This document shows, piece after piece, positions 26,707 to 37,122 of a stretch of DNA of 63,012 nucleotides; positions within the stretch are counted from its first letter, which is position 1, and the number at the start of each line of letters is the position of its first letter. The notes beneath the pieces were generated by a model. It was not told the origin of the DNA and made no database searches. It worked only from the letters and a program-made list of their open reading frames with translations. The position numbers were made by a program, and so were the translations under genes. Source of the DNA: Coleofasciculus sp. B1-GNL1-01 (GTDB lineage: Bacteria; Cyanobacteriota; Cyanobacteriia; Cyanobacteriales; Coleofasciculaceae); assembly GCA_040220235.1 (NCBI GenBank), contig JAVJTO010000143.1, one strand, 5' to 3'.

Positions 26707-28737
26707 ATGAGCTACTGTATCAATCCCCGGTGTCCTGAACCCAGTGATCCAGGTAACCTCAATAATCGAATTTGTCGCAATTGTGGCTCATTGTTGCTAA
26801 TCCAAGGGCGCTATCAAGTGATGCGTCTCCTCAGTGATACCAGTGGCTTTGGTATGGTGTATGAAGCCTACCAAGGGGCTAATCCGAAAATCTTAAAAGT
26901 TCTCAAACCTAAGCACAATAACAATCCTAAAGTCATCGAATTATTTCAACAAGAAGCCACCGTATTAAGTCAACTTCATCATCCGGGTATTCCTCACGTT
27001 GAATCCGATGGATATTTTCAGGTTATTCCCCCAGGTGGGGAACCGCTGCATTGCATGATCATGGAAAAAATTGAGGGGCTAAATTTAAAGCAGTGGATGC
27101 GACAACAGGGGAATCATCCCATTTCCGAATCCTTGGCATTGAATTGGCTAAAACAACTGGTTGAAATTTTACATCTGGTTCATGGAAAAAATTATTTTCA
27201 TCGAGACATTAAACCGGAAAATATTATGCTGCGTTCCACCGGACAATTGGTGTTGATTGATTTTGGCACAGCGAGAGAATTGACCTATACCTACTTAGCG
27301 GAAGTGGGTGGTGCGGGGAATGTTACTAAAATTAGTTCGGCAGGGTATACACCACCGGAACAAGAAAAAGGTCATGCGGTTCCCCAGTCGGATTTTTATG
27401 CCTTGGGTCGAACATTGGTCTATTTGTTAACCGCAAAATCGGTAACTGATCCGAGTATGTATGACCCATTAACTGATCGCTGTAATTGGCGCAAACAGGT
27501 TCCGAATATCTCCAAACCATTAGCTGACCTCATTGACAAGTTAATGTCACCAACAGCAGCAACTCGGCATAAGACGACTCAGGAAATTATGGATGAATTG
27601 GCTAATATTTCATCGTCGTCTCTTACCTCTGGGATATCTTCGTTTGTGCCATTACCGAGTCATACAACGATACAAGCAGCAACCCAGCAGCAAGAAGAAA
27701 CGGGGAGAACCTCTCAACGTCAACGTTTCATCTCGCCAAACAAATGGATTTGGTTGGGAACTTTAGCCTTAGTCATTGGTGTGGGTGTTTATCAAGTCAG
27801 GAAAATAGAACCTCAGCTTCCGGCAGACATTGCGACCTATCAATCCATCGAACTGGCTCAAACTATTAATGCTAATGCTAGTTATATTAATTACCTGATA
27901 ATTAGTCCAGATGGAGAGATATTAGTGAGTGGACATGCAGATAAAACCATCCGATTTTGGCAGTTGGACTCAGGTCAAGAAATTCGCCAACTTACAGGAT
28001 ATACCAAGCCTGTTAATTATTTTGCGATTAATTCAGACTGGGATAAACTGGTTACCGGAAGTGGCGATAGGATAATTCAGGTTTGGAATCTGGTTACTCA
28101 GGAAAAAATCAAAACGCTATCAGGACATTCTAGCTTTGTTAATTATTTAGTCATTAGTCCAGATGGGCAGACGTTAGTCAGTGGGAGTGCCGATAAAACG
28201 ATTAAACTTTGGGATTTAGCTACGGGGAAAGAAACTCACACACTAACCGGACATTTGAGTTCAGTCAACACCTTGGCAATTAGTCCGGATGGGAAAACCT
28301 TAGTCAGTGGAGGTGCGGATAAGACGATTAAACGTTGGGATTTAACCACAGGAAAAGAAATGGGTACGCTTTCGGGACATTCAAGTTCAGTCAACGCTCT
28401 AGAAATTAGTCCGGATGGGAAAACCTTAGTCAGTGGAAGTGCAGATAAGACGATTAAACTTTGGGATTTAGCCACAGGGAAAGAAATTCACACCCTGACA
28501 GGACATTCTAGTTTTGTGAATGCGTTAGCCATTAGTCCAGATGGTCAGGTTTTAGCCAGTGGAAGTGCAGATAAGACGATTAAACTTTGGCATCTTGCCA
28601 CAGGACAATTAATTCGCACGCTAAAGGGTCATTTAAGTTCAGTGAATTCTATCGCGATTAGCCCAGATGGAGAAACATTAGTTAGTGGAAGTGCCGATAA
28701 AACCATTAAACTCTGGCGCGTACCGAAATTGGAATAG
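26707..28737 (+). CDS. Ser/Thr protein kinase with C-terminal WD40 repeats
   Basis: YCINP.C zinc ribbon, HRDIKPEN, DFG, TM segment, seven GH...SGSADKTIKLW-type repeats. Confidence 0.96.
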   Translation: MSYCINPRCPEPSDPGNLNNRICRNCGSLLLIQGRYQVMRLLSDTSGFGMVYEAYQGANPKILKVLKPKHNNNPKVIELFQQEATVLSQLHHPGIPHVESDGYFQVIPPGGEPLHCMIMEKIEGLNLKQWMRQQGNHPISESLALNWLKQLVEILHLVHGKNYFHRDIKPENIMLRSTGQLVLIDFGTARELTYTYLAEVGGAGNVTKISSAGYTPPEQEKGHAVPQSDFYALGRTLVYLLTAKSVTDPSMYDPLTDRCNWRKQVPNISKPLADLIDKLMSPTAATRHKTTQEIMDELANISSSSLTSGISSFVPLPSHTTIQAATQQQEETGRTSQRQRFISPNKWIWLGTLALVIGVGVYQVRKIEPQLPADIATYQSIELAQTINANASYINYLIISPDGEILVSGHADKTIRFWQLDSGQEIRQLTGYTKPVNYFAINSDWDKLVTGSGDRIIQVWNLVTQEKIKTLSGHSSFVNYLVISPDGQTLVSGSADKTIKLWDLATGKETHTLTGHLSSVNTLAISPDGKTLVSGGADKTIKRWDLTTGKEMGTLSGHSSSVNALEISPDGKTLVSGSADKTIKLWDLATGKEIHTLTGHSSFVNALAISPDGQVLASGSADKTIKLWHLATGQLIRTLKGHLSSVNSIAISPDGETLVSGSADKTIKLWRVPKLE

Positions 28738-28748
28738 TGTTCCAGACA

Positions 28749-29285
28749 CTATAAATCTAATTTTGAATATCCATCGAATATAAGTAGCCAAACGATAACA
28801 ACAATCCAATGAATTACAACGGGAGACCAGATTGAGCGAGAGTGCCAGTAGGAAATCGTCAAGGTGATTCCTAAAATTAGTGTTGACAACAGAAAACCGG
28901 GATTCGTGAAAACTCCAAATGCTTTTTGGTAAACTAAAGCGGCAAATAGAGGATGACCGATGACATAAAGAACTATGCTGAGAAAAGCCATAGTCAATTG
29001 GATCTTGACTGGATTATTAGGGGTTGGGCTGGGCAGGAGGAGGACGCGAAATAGCAGCTCTTCGGCAAAACAGGGGAAAAAGAAGCGACTCACTAAAATT
29101 TTGACAATACCTAGAAAAGATAAAGGCAAAATTCTAATCTCTAAAAGCCCCGAATAAAATCCTATGGGTAAACAGGTTAAAGCAATAACCAATAACAGAA
29201 AAACCGTCATTAGCCAACTTTCCAGAGTCGGTACAGTGAGTAAAGCCGAGATGACTTTGTGGTAAATTCTGTCCCTAAAATTCAT
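28749..29285 (-). CDS. CPBP/Abi-family intramembrane glutamic protease
   Basis: EELLFR motif, conserved His residues, multi-TM. Confidence 0.88.
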   Translation of the reverse strand: MNFRDRIYHKVISALLTVPTLESWLMTVFLLLVIALTCLPIGFYSGLLEIRILPLSFLGIVKILVSRFFFPCFAEELLFRVLLLPSPTPNNPVKIQLTMAFLSIVLYVIGHPLFAALVYQKAFGVFTNPGFLLSTLILGITLTISYWHSRSIWSPVVIHWIVVIVWLLIFDGYSKLDL

Positions 29286-29379
29286 CTCGGCTTCTCCCGT
29301 ACTTATACCAAGTTGCGTTCTATCATGTCATTCTGAGCGAAGCGAAGAATCTGGACAGATGCTTCGCGTCATTCCGTTA

Positions 29380-29612
29380 CTCAGATCAATATTGCCACCA
29401 ATCGTGCCATCTGATTCAGAGAAGGAACTGAGGTTACTTGTGCTAATACCGCCTTGATTTGTGCTGAGATTGATATCGCCACCGTTACCCCCGGCTGAGG
29501 TGGAGTTGTACGCCCCACTGGTGGTGTCAATCGAGCCGAGACCATTATTGATTGTGGCAGTAATGCTAAGACGAATGGCACGCTTTGGAAGACTGGTGGG
29601 TAATGATTGCAC
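29380..29612 (-). pseudogene. Remnant of a filamentous-haemagglutinin-like gene
   Basis: Isolated GGNGGDINLST...GGNIDLS beta-helix repeats, fused at the 3' end to a partial MITE. Confidence 0.5.
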
Positions 29613-29852
29613 GACAAGGTTCTAAACACTGAACAGCTTAAGCGTTTGATCAAAATTTACATAATTTAATATTAAGATAACTTTATAGGATCGCAGGGAT
29701 TAGTTCAAGCTTGTCAGTAGTGAGACTTGCATTAAAGGTGACGGTTGAGATTCGGAAATAGGGAACAGTAACCATTTGACACTTGTTAATATTTCTTAGT
29801 AATGCTGATTCAGCCAGCCTAGTTATAGTAGTATTTTCACAATCTCCAACCA

Positions 29853-30527
29853 ATGACGCACCATATCTTAGTTGTGGAAGATGAGGCAAAACTCGCCAAG
29901 TTTATCGAACTGGAACTGCAATATGAAGGATATCAAGTCAGCGTAGCGCCGGATGGGTTCGCGGGTTTAGTCAAAGCGCGGGAATCGCAGCCGGATTTGC
30001 TGATTCTCGACTGGATGCTACCGGGAGTATCGGGACTGGAAATTTGTCGCCGTCTGCGGAGTACGGGGGATAAGGTGCCAATACTATTATTAACCGCTAA
30101 GGATGAAGTGAGCGATCGCGTGGCGGGATTGGATGCGGGTGCGGATGACTATGTGGTGAAACCGTTTAGTGTGGAGGAGTTGTTAGCCAGAGTCAGGGCG
30201 CATCTGCGACGGAATCAGGAGGAAGACCCAGATACTCTACAATTTGCTGACTTAAGCTTAAACCATTCCACCCGTGAAGTCTATCGGGGCGATCGCTTAA
30301 TTGAACTCACGGCGAAGGAGTTTGATTTACTCGATTATCTGATCTCTCATCCTCGCCAGGTTCTCACCCGTGACCAAATCCTGGAACGAGTCTGGGGGTA
30401 TGATTTTATGGGGGATTCTAATATTATCGAGGTCTACGTGCGCTATTTGCGCCTGAAACTGGAAGCCAATGGCGAGAAGCGCTTGGTGCAAACGGTTCGG
30501 GGGGTTGGTTATGTGTTACGCGAATAA
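29853..30527 (+). CDS. OmpR-family response regulator (no adjacent kinase)
   Basis: REC (VVEDE, ILDWMLP, KPF) plus wHTH (TVRGVGY). Confidence 0.96.
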   Translation: MTHHILVVEDEAKLAKFIELELQYEGYQVSVAPDGFAGLVKARESQPDLLILDWMLPGVSGLEICRRLRSTGDKVPILLLTAKDEVSDRVAGLDAGADDYVVKPFSVEELLARVRAHLRRNQEEDPDTLQFADLSLNHSTREVYRGDRLIELTAKEFDLLDYLISHPRQVLTRDQILERVWGYDFMGDSNIIEVYVRYLRLKLEANGEKRLVQTVRGVGYVLRE

Positions 30528-30529
30528 TC

Positions 30530-30844
30530 TCAAAAGCTAAACCGCCGATGAATCCTCGGATTCAGCTTTTCATCAACTGGTTTCCCTTCTTTCAGGTGTT
30601 GTTCCACAATCCGGCGGACATCGCTGGGTTGAACCCGATAATACCAGGTTTCTTCGGGTACAACGCGCACCGTCGGACCACAACTACATTGTCCTTGGCA
30701 ATCTGTGCCTTTTATCTTAAAGTCTGTATCCTCAGCCGTTTCCTCAAACGCCGCCAAGACATCGGCTGAACCTTCAGCTTGACAGGAACGATGTTGACAA
30801 ACTAAAACTTGCTTGGGTGTATTATTTTGGGAGTCGGTTGCCAC
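30530..30844 (-). CDS. Thioredoxin-like [2Fe-2S] ferredoxin
   Basis: CQHRSC...CQGQCSCGP, WY..V, IVEQHL.EG.PV. Confidence 0.9.
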   Translation of the reverse strand: MATDSQNNTPKQVLVCQHRSCQAEGSADVLAAFEETAEDTDFKIKGTDCQGQCSCGPTVRVVPEETWYYRVQPSDVRRIVEQHLKEGKPVDEKLNPRIHRRFSF

Positions 30845-31133
30845 GGATGATTAAATTGAGTTTTACCTGTTCTTTTTTATTTTATAGCAGTCGCCAGGAT
30901 CATTAGGACATCAGATGAATGCCGCTTATTGCGTCAATGCACGTTTAGTGTCCTAACCGTTGTGGCGGTTGCTATACAAGTATAGCCGGGAAATAAATTT
31001 CCGGCTGAAAGCTCAAGTAAGCTAAAGCTTACTGGGATGGGTAGCTGTAATCAAACTGTATCCCGATTTTTTTTAGAAGCAGTAAGCTACCTTGTCCTGT
31101 AGAATTGCCTGATCAAAAACCAATAAATGATAG

Positions 31134-32816
31134 TTAATGTTTACCATGACCATTACCATCTCGCGGTGGATTAGCCGTTGGTTGTTGATCGAGCCACTTT
31201 GCCAAACTCTGGGATAGTTGTGCCAATGATTCAACTAATTGCGGAGAAATATCGACTGGTAAATTCCCTGAACGAACATGAAGATCCCGTTGCGGGAAGG
31301 GAATTTCCACATCTCGATGGCGGAGAATGACTTCAATCCGAAAATAAAGGTCACTCTTAATTTGGAACTGCTTGCGAGGTTCACTAATCCAAACCAACAA
31401 ATCAAAATCGAGAGAACTATCACCAAATCCCTTAAAAAAGACTCTGGGTATCGGTTGAGGTAGAACATCACTATGTTCTTTTGCCGCATCAATCAAAGCA
31501 CATCTCACCGTCTTTAGGTTTGACCCATACGCCACGCCCACAGGTATCTTTAATCGGGATACTGCACTGTGATGCGACCAGTTAAGCACCTCCGATTCCA
31601 AAAATCTGGAATTGGGAATAATAATCGAAACATCATCTAATGTTTTGATTTCGGTACTGCGAACACTAATATATTCCACCGTTCCCATCAATCCGCCCAC
31701 ATCGACGAAATCGCCAACTTGAATAGGACGTTCAAAGATTAAAACTAAGCCGCTAATAAACTCTTTCGCAATTCCCTGCAATCCTAAGCCAATACCCACC
31801 CCCAACACACCCGCAAATACGGTGAGGGAACTAATATCTAAACCCCATAACTGTAATAAGACAAGGCTGCTGATAAAAATAAAGGCATAATTGAAAATAA
31901 TCGCAATGGTTTCCTGTGCTGCACGACTCAAACCCGTGAACCGTAAAATCCGCGATCGCAACCCTTGTTTGATCACTTTTGCCAGGATAATCAGCCCGAC
32001 AAATAAGCTGATCAGGATTAATAGATTCAACACCGAATAGGAGTTATCTCCTAAAGGAATCATGTCTGAGGTTAAGCTGGCAATTATCGTATCGGTAACG
32101 ATGCGACTTAATTCTCGAGTTTGGCGAAACTGGGTGGTGATATAAATCAGTGCATACACCCAGATAGCACACCGGATGAGTGTCAGGAGAAATTGTCCGG
32201 CGAATTTGGGACTGTTCGCCTGTTTCGTTCCCTCTAGGGAGGCTGACTCCGCCGCCTCTTTATCCAACTGAGGTTTCAGCCAATCAGACCAAAGCTTACC
32301 AAGTAGCCAACTCAATGCGATCGCCAGTAATATGCAACCCATTGAGAGCAGGGTAGCTTGAATCAAATAGATTGGTGTACGCTCATATTGTGCCTTTTGA
32401 ATAACCGTTTGCAGTTTTTTTCGCCAAAATTCAGCCTGTTCTTGAGGACTTCTTCCTTCTGGTGTATCGTCTGACGTTACAGAAACCAAATGCTTCCCAT
32501 CAATCTCAATTACGGGTATTTTCTCTTTAGAAGTGAGTTCGACGCTTATCGGAGTTTCCGCCGTTTCCACCAGTTCTTGGAGAACTTGATTCACATACTC
32601 AGCTCGTTCTTGGGCGCTGTATTGTTCAGATGGAGTCACTTCAAAAATCTTGCGCCCATCCAGCATAATCGGTGCTGTAGAATTAGTTTGACTTGAATTA
32701 GTTTGATTGAAATTGTTTTGAGCTAAACTAGGCAAAACGGCGAGTAAACAACCAACCATAAATGCCACAACTAGCGTCCGGACAATCCGCACCCGGACAA
32801 AAGAAACGAACTTCAT
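31134..32816 (-). CDS. MscS-family mechanosensitive channel
   Basis: GIGLGLQ, ERPIQVGD, IPNS, FGDSSLDF, IPFPQRDLH. Confidence 0.95.
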   Translation of the reverse strand: MKFVSFVRVRIVRTLVVAFMVGCLLAVLPSLAQNNFNQTNSSQTNSTAPIMLDGRKIFEVTPSEQYSAQERAEYVNQVLQELVETAETPISVELTSKEKIPVIEIDGKHLVSVTSDDTPEGRSPQEQAEFWRKKLQTVIQKAQYERTPIYLIQATLLSMGCILLAIALSWLLGKLWSDWLKPQLDKEAAESASLEGTKQANSPKFAGQFLLTLIRCAIWVYALIYITTQFRQTRELSRIVTDTIIASLTSDMIPLGDNSYSVLNLLILISLFVGLIILAKVIKQGLRSRILRFTGLSRAAQETIAIIFNYAFIFISSLVLLQLWGLDISSLTVFAGVLGVGIGLGLQGIAKEFISGLVLIFERPIQVGDFVDVGGLMGTVEYISVRSTEIKTLDDVSIIIPNSRFLESEVLNWSHHSAVSRLKIPVGVAYGSNLKTVRCALIDAAKEHSDVLPQPIPRVFFKGFGDSSLDFDLLVWISEPRKQFQIKSDLYFRIEVILRHRDVEIPFPQRDLHVRSGNLPVDISPQLVESLAQLSQSLAKWLDQQPTANPPRDGNGHGKH

Positions 32817-32860
32817 ATTAATATTAACCTTTCATCGATAGAGTGCTTTGAGTTTCTTCC

Positions 32861-33937
32861 CTAGGATGGTGGTGATACTGCTGCGGCTTGCTGTTCCGCC
32901 AGTCGTTTGGGTTGCAGGTAGAGATTTTCTAACAAGACAGACGCCCCGGCTATCCAAGGGGGAACAATTAACGCCCCAATAATTCCCAACACCTGTGCGC
33001 CACCGACCACCGCCAACAATTGATACAAGGGATGAACTCTTACCGAAGAACCGACTAAAAGGGGATCAAGCAAGTACGTTTCCACATTTTGAATAATCGC
33101 AAACAGGAGAAATACCCATAAAAAAGTCCACCCTCCTTGGGCAATTGCCACAATCAACGCCGGAATCGCCCCCAACACGGGACCAAAAAAAGGAATCAGA
33201 TTGGTTCCTCCAGCAATCACACCTAAACCTAAAGCAAATTCAGTAATCCCCAAAACTTTTAAACCAATGGTAATTGCAACTCCTAAAATCCCGGAAACTA
33301 ACACTCGTCCCTGGATATAATTACCCATGCGCCGACTCACTGGCTTAACCTGCGCCGCCAAGCGCTCATCCCAGGGTTTGGGGAATAAACTCACAATCCC
33401 TTTAATTAAGCGTTCCGCACCGGATAGCATATAGCCCGATAGAAATAACGCTAGAATCACACTGAGAACACCACCCAGAAACCCCCGCGTTACCCCATAA
33501 GATCGGACAACGAGTTGTTGACTGGAACGAATTGCCCAATTGGTGAGGGTTTGGGTATCAAAAATTTGACTAATGACGGGTTCGCTAATACCCAGGCGCA
33601 CTGCCAAACGGTCGATTAAGGTTTCTAACACTTCTAGATAGGAGGGGAGTCGGCGAAACAGGCGCTGGATTTGCTGTGCCACGGTTGGTCCAATTAACAC
33701 CCCAACTCCAACTAAAATGGTCAGTAAACCTAAATAGACCAGGAGAACAGCTAACCAGCGAGGAATTCCCAACTGTTGGGCGCTATTGATAATCGGGGCT
33801 AAGGTGGCGGCAAGAACTACCGCAATCATCAGGATCACCAACAGACTACTGAGTTGCCACAGCAGCAGCAGCAGCAAAACGGTAGCAGTAATGAGCAGGA
33901 TATTTTGAATGGAAATCGCAATCCGCCGTTCAGACAT
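32861..33937 (-). CDS. AI-2E family transporter
   Basis: Multi-TM; NLIPFFGP, IQNVE...P, VHP. Confidence 0.92.
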   Translation of the reverse strand: MSERRIAISIQNILLITATVLLLLLLWQLSSLLVILMIAVVLAATLAPIINSAQQLGIPRWLAVLLVYLGLLTILVGVGVLIGPTVAQQIQRLFRRLPSYLEVLETLIDRLAVRLGISEPVISQIFDTQTLTNWAIRSSQQLVVRSYGVTRGFLGGVLSVILALFLSGYMLSGAERLIKGIVSLFPKPWDERLAAQVKPVSRRMGNYIQGRVLVSGILGVAITIGLKVLGITEFALGLGVIAGGTNLIPFFGPVLGAIPALIVAIAQGGWTFLWVFLLFAIIQNVETYLLDPLLVGSSVRVHPLYQLLAVVGGAQVLGIIGALIVPPWIAGASVLLENLYLQPKRLAEQQAAAVSPPS

Positions 33938-34041
33938 GGCAACGGTTCAGCTTAAAAGACTGTTGACAAACACTAAATATAATAATGTTAAAGCTGATTC
34001 ACCGTGGCTACATCCTCCAATAATAATAAAACCTGGGCTGT

Positions 34042-35640
34042 TCATTTCCCCAACTTTTGACGCAAACGACTCACCAAAATATCCACTTCCGGTAACTTCA
34101 ACCGAGCAACCAAAACCGCAAAAATCCCCAACGCCACCGACATTGCCAAACTCAGTTGTAAGACTTGCAGCAGTAAATTCCCACTCCCCACAACCTCTTG
34201 CCAACCCCAACTCACCCCCCAACTGCCCAATCCCGCCACAACACTACTCCCCGCCAAACCCACCAGCGCTATCCCCCATTCCCCTAACGGTAAACCATGC
34301 AGCCGCCGATTTAACACCCACAACAGCCAACTCATGGAAATAATATTCACACCAATCGTGGCAAAGACTAAACCCGGTGTGGCAAAGGCATTCACCAACA
34401 GATAATCTAGCAGGGCATTAATAAAGATATTGGCAATACTAATCCGAAATGGTGTCTCCCCATCCCCCAAGGCATAAAATACCCGCACCAAAACATCTCG
34501 TGCTAAATAAAAGAACATCCCCAACCCATACGCCATCAATACCGGGGCGACAATCTGAGAAGCCTCTGCACCAAAAGCATAGCGTTCATAAATCACCCGC
34601 ACAATTGGCACCGATAGAGAGATAAAAATCGCCGTCAGGGGTAACATCGTCAACGCCGTCAACAATAATCCCTGACGAATCCGCACTTTCAACTCCGCCC
34701 AATTCTCTGGCGCCGCTAACCGGGAAAACACAGGCAGCATCGGCACCAATATCATATTAGAAATAATTCCTAGAGGCGTCAGCACAATAAAATTGGAATA
34801 GCGCATCGCCGCCGCCGCATTGGGAATAAACGAGGCGAAAAACAGATCCGTATACACATTGATATGTAACATCCCAGAGGATAGCGTCGCGGGTGCCATT
34901 ACCCGCATCACCTCCCTCACCCCTGGAAGCCGCCAATTAAACCGCAACCGTAACCGCCCCATCCCCGATCGCCACTGGGCAATCAGTTGCATCACCCATT
35001 GCCAAATCGCCCCGGCTAGAGTACCCACAGCTAATACAATACTACCCAAGCGGATATACTCCGGGGTATTCACTTGTCCGCTAGAATAGACTGTCAATAT
35101 CCCCAACCCCGCAATCACCGCCAAGCTAGAAAATAATGGGCTAACACTGGGTAACCAATATTGATCCGAAGCATTCAGCGTCCCAAAACCAATCCCAATC
35201 AACCCCGCCAGAACCGCCAACGGTGCCATAATTTGCAACTGTTGCACCGCCAGCGATCGCGCGGGTTCCTCTAATCCGGGGGCGAGGATATCGATAAACG
35301 TGGGCGCAAATAGAATTAAGATAATCGTCACCAGCAACAATATCCCACTCACCAGAGTGGTAACCGTTTCCACCAGGGGGGCGGCTTCCGATTTATCCCG
35401 TTTTGCCAACACACTCACCAAGGCGCTATGAAACGGACCATTAATCCCACCCAGTAAGATCAGCAGAAAGCCCGGAATCACGTAGGCGTAGGCATAAGCA
35501 TTCACCACCGGACCCACACCAAACGCCGCCGCGATCGCTTGTTCACGGACTAAGCCAAAAATTTTACTAATCAGGGTGGCAATTGCCACAATCGAGGCAA
35601 TTCCGGCGAGGGAACGAGACGGTTTAGGCTTGTCAGACAC
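34042..35640 (-). CDS. murJ: Lipid II flippase MurJ (MviN)
   Basis: SKIFGLVRE..IAAAFG, ERYAF, RVFYALGD..TP. Confidence 0.95.
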   Translation of the reverse strand: MSDKPKPSRSLAGIASIVAIATLISKIFGLVREQAIAAAFGVGPVVNAYAYAYVIPGFLLILLGGINGPFHSALVSVLAKRDKSEAAPLVETVTTLVSGILLLVTIILILFAPTFIDILAPGLEEPARSLAVQQLQIMAPLAVLAGLIGIGFGTLNASDQYWLPSVSPLFSSLAVIAGLGILTVYSSGQVNTPEYIRLGSIVLAVGTLAGAIWQWVMQLIAQWRSGMGRLRLRFNWRLPGVREVMRVMAPATLSSGMLHINVYTDLFFASFIPNAAAAMRYSNFIVLTPLGIISNMILVPMLPVFSRLAAPENWAELKVRIRQGLLLTALTMLPLTAIFISLSVPIVRVIYERYAFGAEASQIVAPVLMAYGLGMFFYLARDVLVRVFYALGDGETPFRISIANIFINALLDYLLVNAFATPGLVFATIGVNIISMSWLLWVLNRRLHGLPLGEWGIALVGLAGSSVVAGLGSWGVSWGWQEVVGSGNLLLQVLQLSLAMSVALGIFAVLVARLKLPEVDILVSRLRQKLGK

Positions 35641-35967
35641 GAAAGGTTACTATTTTTGGTGACTTATCCTATTTAATCCTGAATCGGGTCACACGCTTCA
35701 GGTAAATCTCACTAATTATCCACCAAAGCCTGAAACTAGAGTGTAACTCCAGTCATAGCAGTTAGTCGTGGGGAAGAGGTAATCAGTCAGGAGTTCCCTT
35801 TAGTCACTGTAGGGGCGGGTTTAGGAATTTAATTTTGAATCCTATTGATAATGTTTGTGGCAAAACCCGCCCTTTCTGAAGGTTTAATGTATATTTTACG
35901 TTGATAGTTTCGGTGTTGCGATGATAGGCTAAAGCCCTTACTACAAGCGACGCGATCGCACGTTCCT

Positions 35968-36771
35968 CTATTTACCCTGAGGTTGGCGAAACTGATAGAT
36001 ATCCTGGATTACCCGTACCCAACCCGATACCAAAGACTCTAGGATGCGATCGCCTTTTTCTTTGGTGGCGGGTGTGGGATCACCCAATGTCCCACTCTGA
36101 CTCAATTCTCGCGTTAACCAAGCAAAGGGTAACTTTCCCTCCATACTTAATAAACTATCTTCCGGTAACCCTTGAGGGTATTCAGCCACCGCCCGTTCCA
36201 TTTTCACCTGTTCCGGTAATAGGGATAACATCAAACTGGTTTCCGCATCTCCCGCATGAATTCCCAACTCCAACTCCTTAGCTGAAATTAACTCCTTCGC
36301 CACATTGGGAACCCGCCAGGTAAACAGAGGAAACACCAGGAAATCACCATACTTTTGATGAATATCCCGCGCCGCAATTTCCATGATCTGAGGTTGTCCT
36401 CCGTGAGAATTCATCAACACTAACTTCCGAAATCCCGCCCGATAAATACTATCCGCCACCTCCATTAACACCGCCAGCAACGTTTGGGCGCTGAGGGTAA
36501 TCGTACCGGGAAAATGCCAATGTTCATTCGATTTCCCATAAAATAAATTCGGCAACGCATAAGCGGGGATATCCGGTTCCAGTTGGGCGAGGGCTTTACC
36601 CAGAACCCCCACACCAATCGCCGAATCTACAACTAAGGGCAAATGATGACCATGTTGTTCAATCGCGCCAACGGGTTGAATAATCACCACATTTTCCTTA
36701 TCGAGCATAGTTTGGATGTCTGCCCAAGTGAGATAAGGAAAGAAGCGTTCTGGGGGAATAAAACTGTGCAT
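35968..36771 (-). CDS. Creatininase family protein
   Basis: PVGAIEQHGHHLPL.VD, SNEH..FPGT, NSHGG, HAG..ETS; start at 36771. Confidence 0.93.
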   Translation of the reverse strand: MHSFIPPERFFPYLTWADIQTMLDKENVVIIQPVGAIEQHGHHLPLVVDSAIGVGVLGKALAQLEPDIPAYALPNLFYGKSNEHWHFPGTITLSAQTLLAVLMEVADSIYRAGFRKLVLMNSHGGQPQIMEIAARDIHQKYGDFLVFPLFTWRVPNVAKELISAKELELGIHAGDAETSLMLSLLPEQVKMERAVAEYPQGLPEDSLLSMEGKLPFAWLTRELSQSGTLGDPTPATKEKGDRILESLVSGWVRVIQDIYQFRQPQGK

Positions 36772-37122
36772 TTTAGTGTTTGGCTTATAAATTAGTCCAA
36801 TTAAACTATAAGGCAGATGGCAGAAGAAAAGGAATAAGGTTGTAAGAAAGAAGGAAATGCTTCCCGTTTCAACGAAAATAATATAATCCCAATCCATAGA
36901 TATATTTATGTGTAGGGGCGGGTTTAGGGACTAAATTCACCTATTCACCGATAACCTCTCAACAAAACCCGCCCTTATACAGGTAGAAGTAGCCAATGTT
37001 TTAATGGGGAGGATTGTAGGGGCGCACAGACGTGCGCCCGATTTAATCGTAAAATCTATGCCACAATTTTAGCTGTGTCAGTCCAGGAGTAGATGTTCGA
37101 TTATTGAAATTGATAAAAAACT

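Noticed and set aside
28100..28720. ~126-bp nucleotide tandem repeats in the kinase gene
   Set aside because: Explained by WD40 repeats, common in cyanobacterial kinases
33909..34343. 144-aa Pro-rich ORF on the + strand
   Set aside because: Antisense shadow of murJ; no independent evidence
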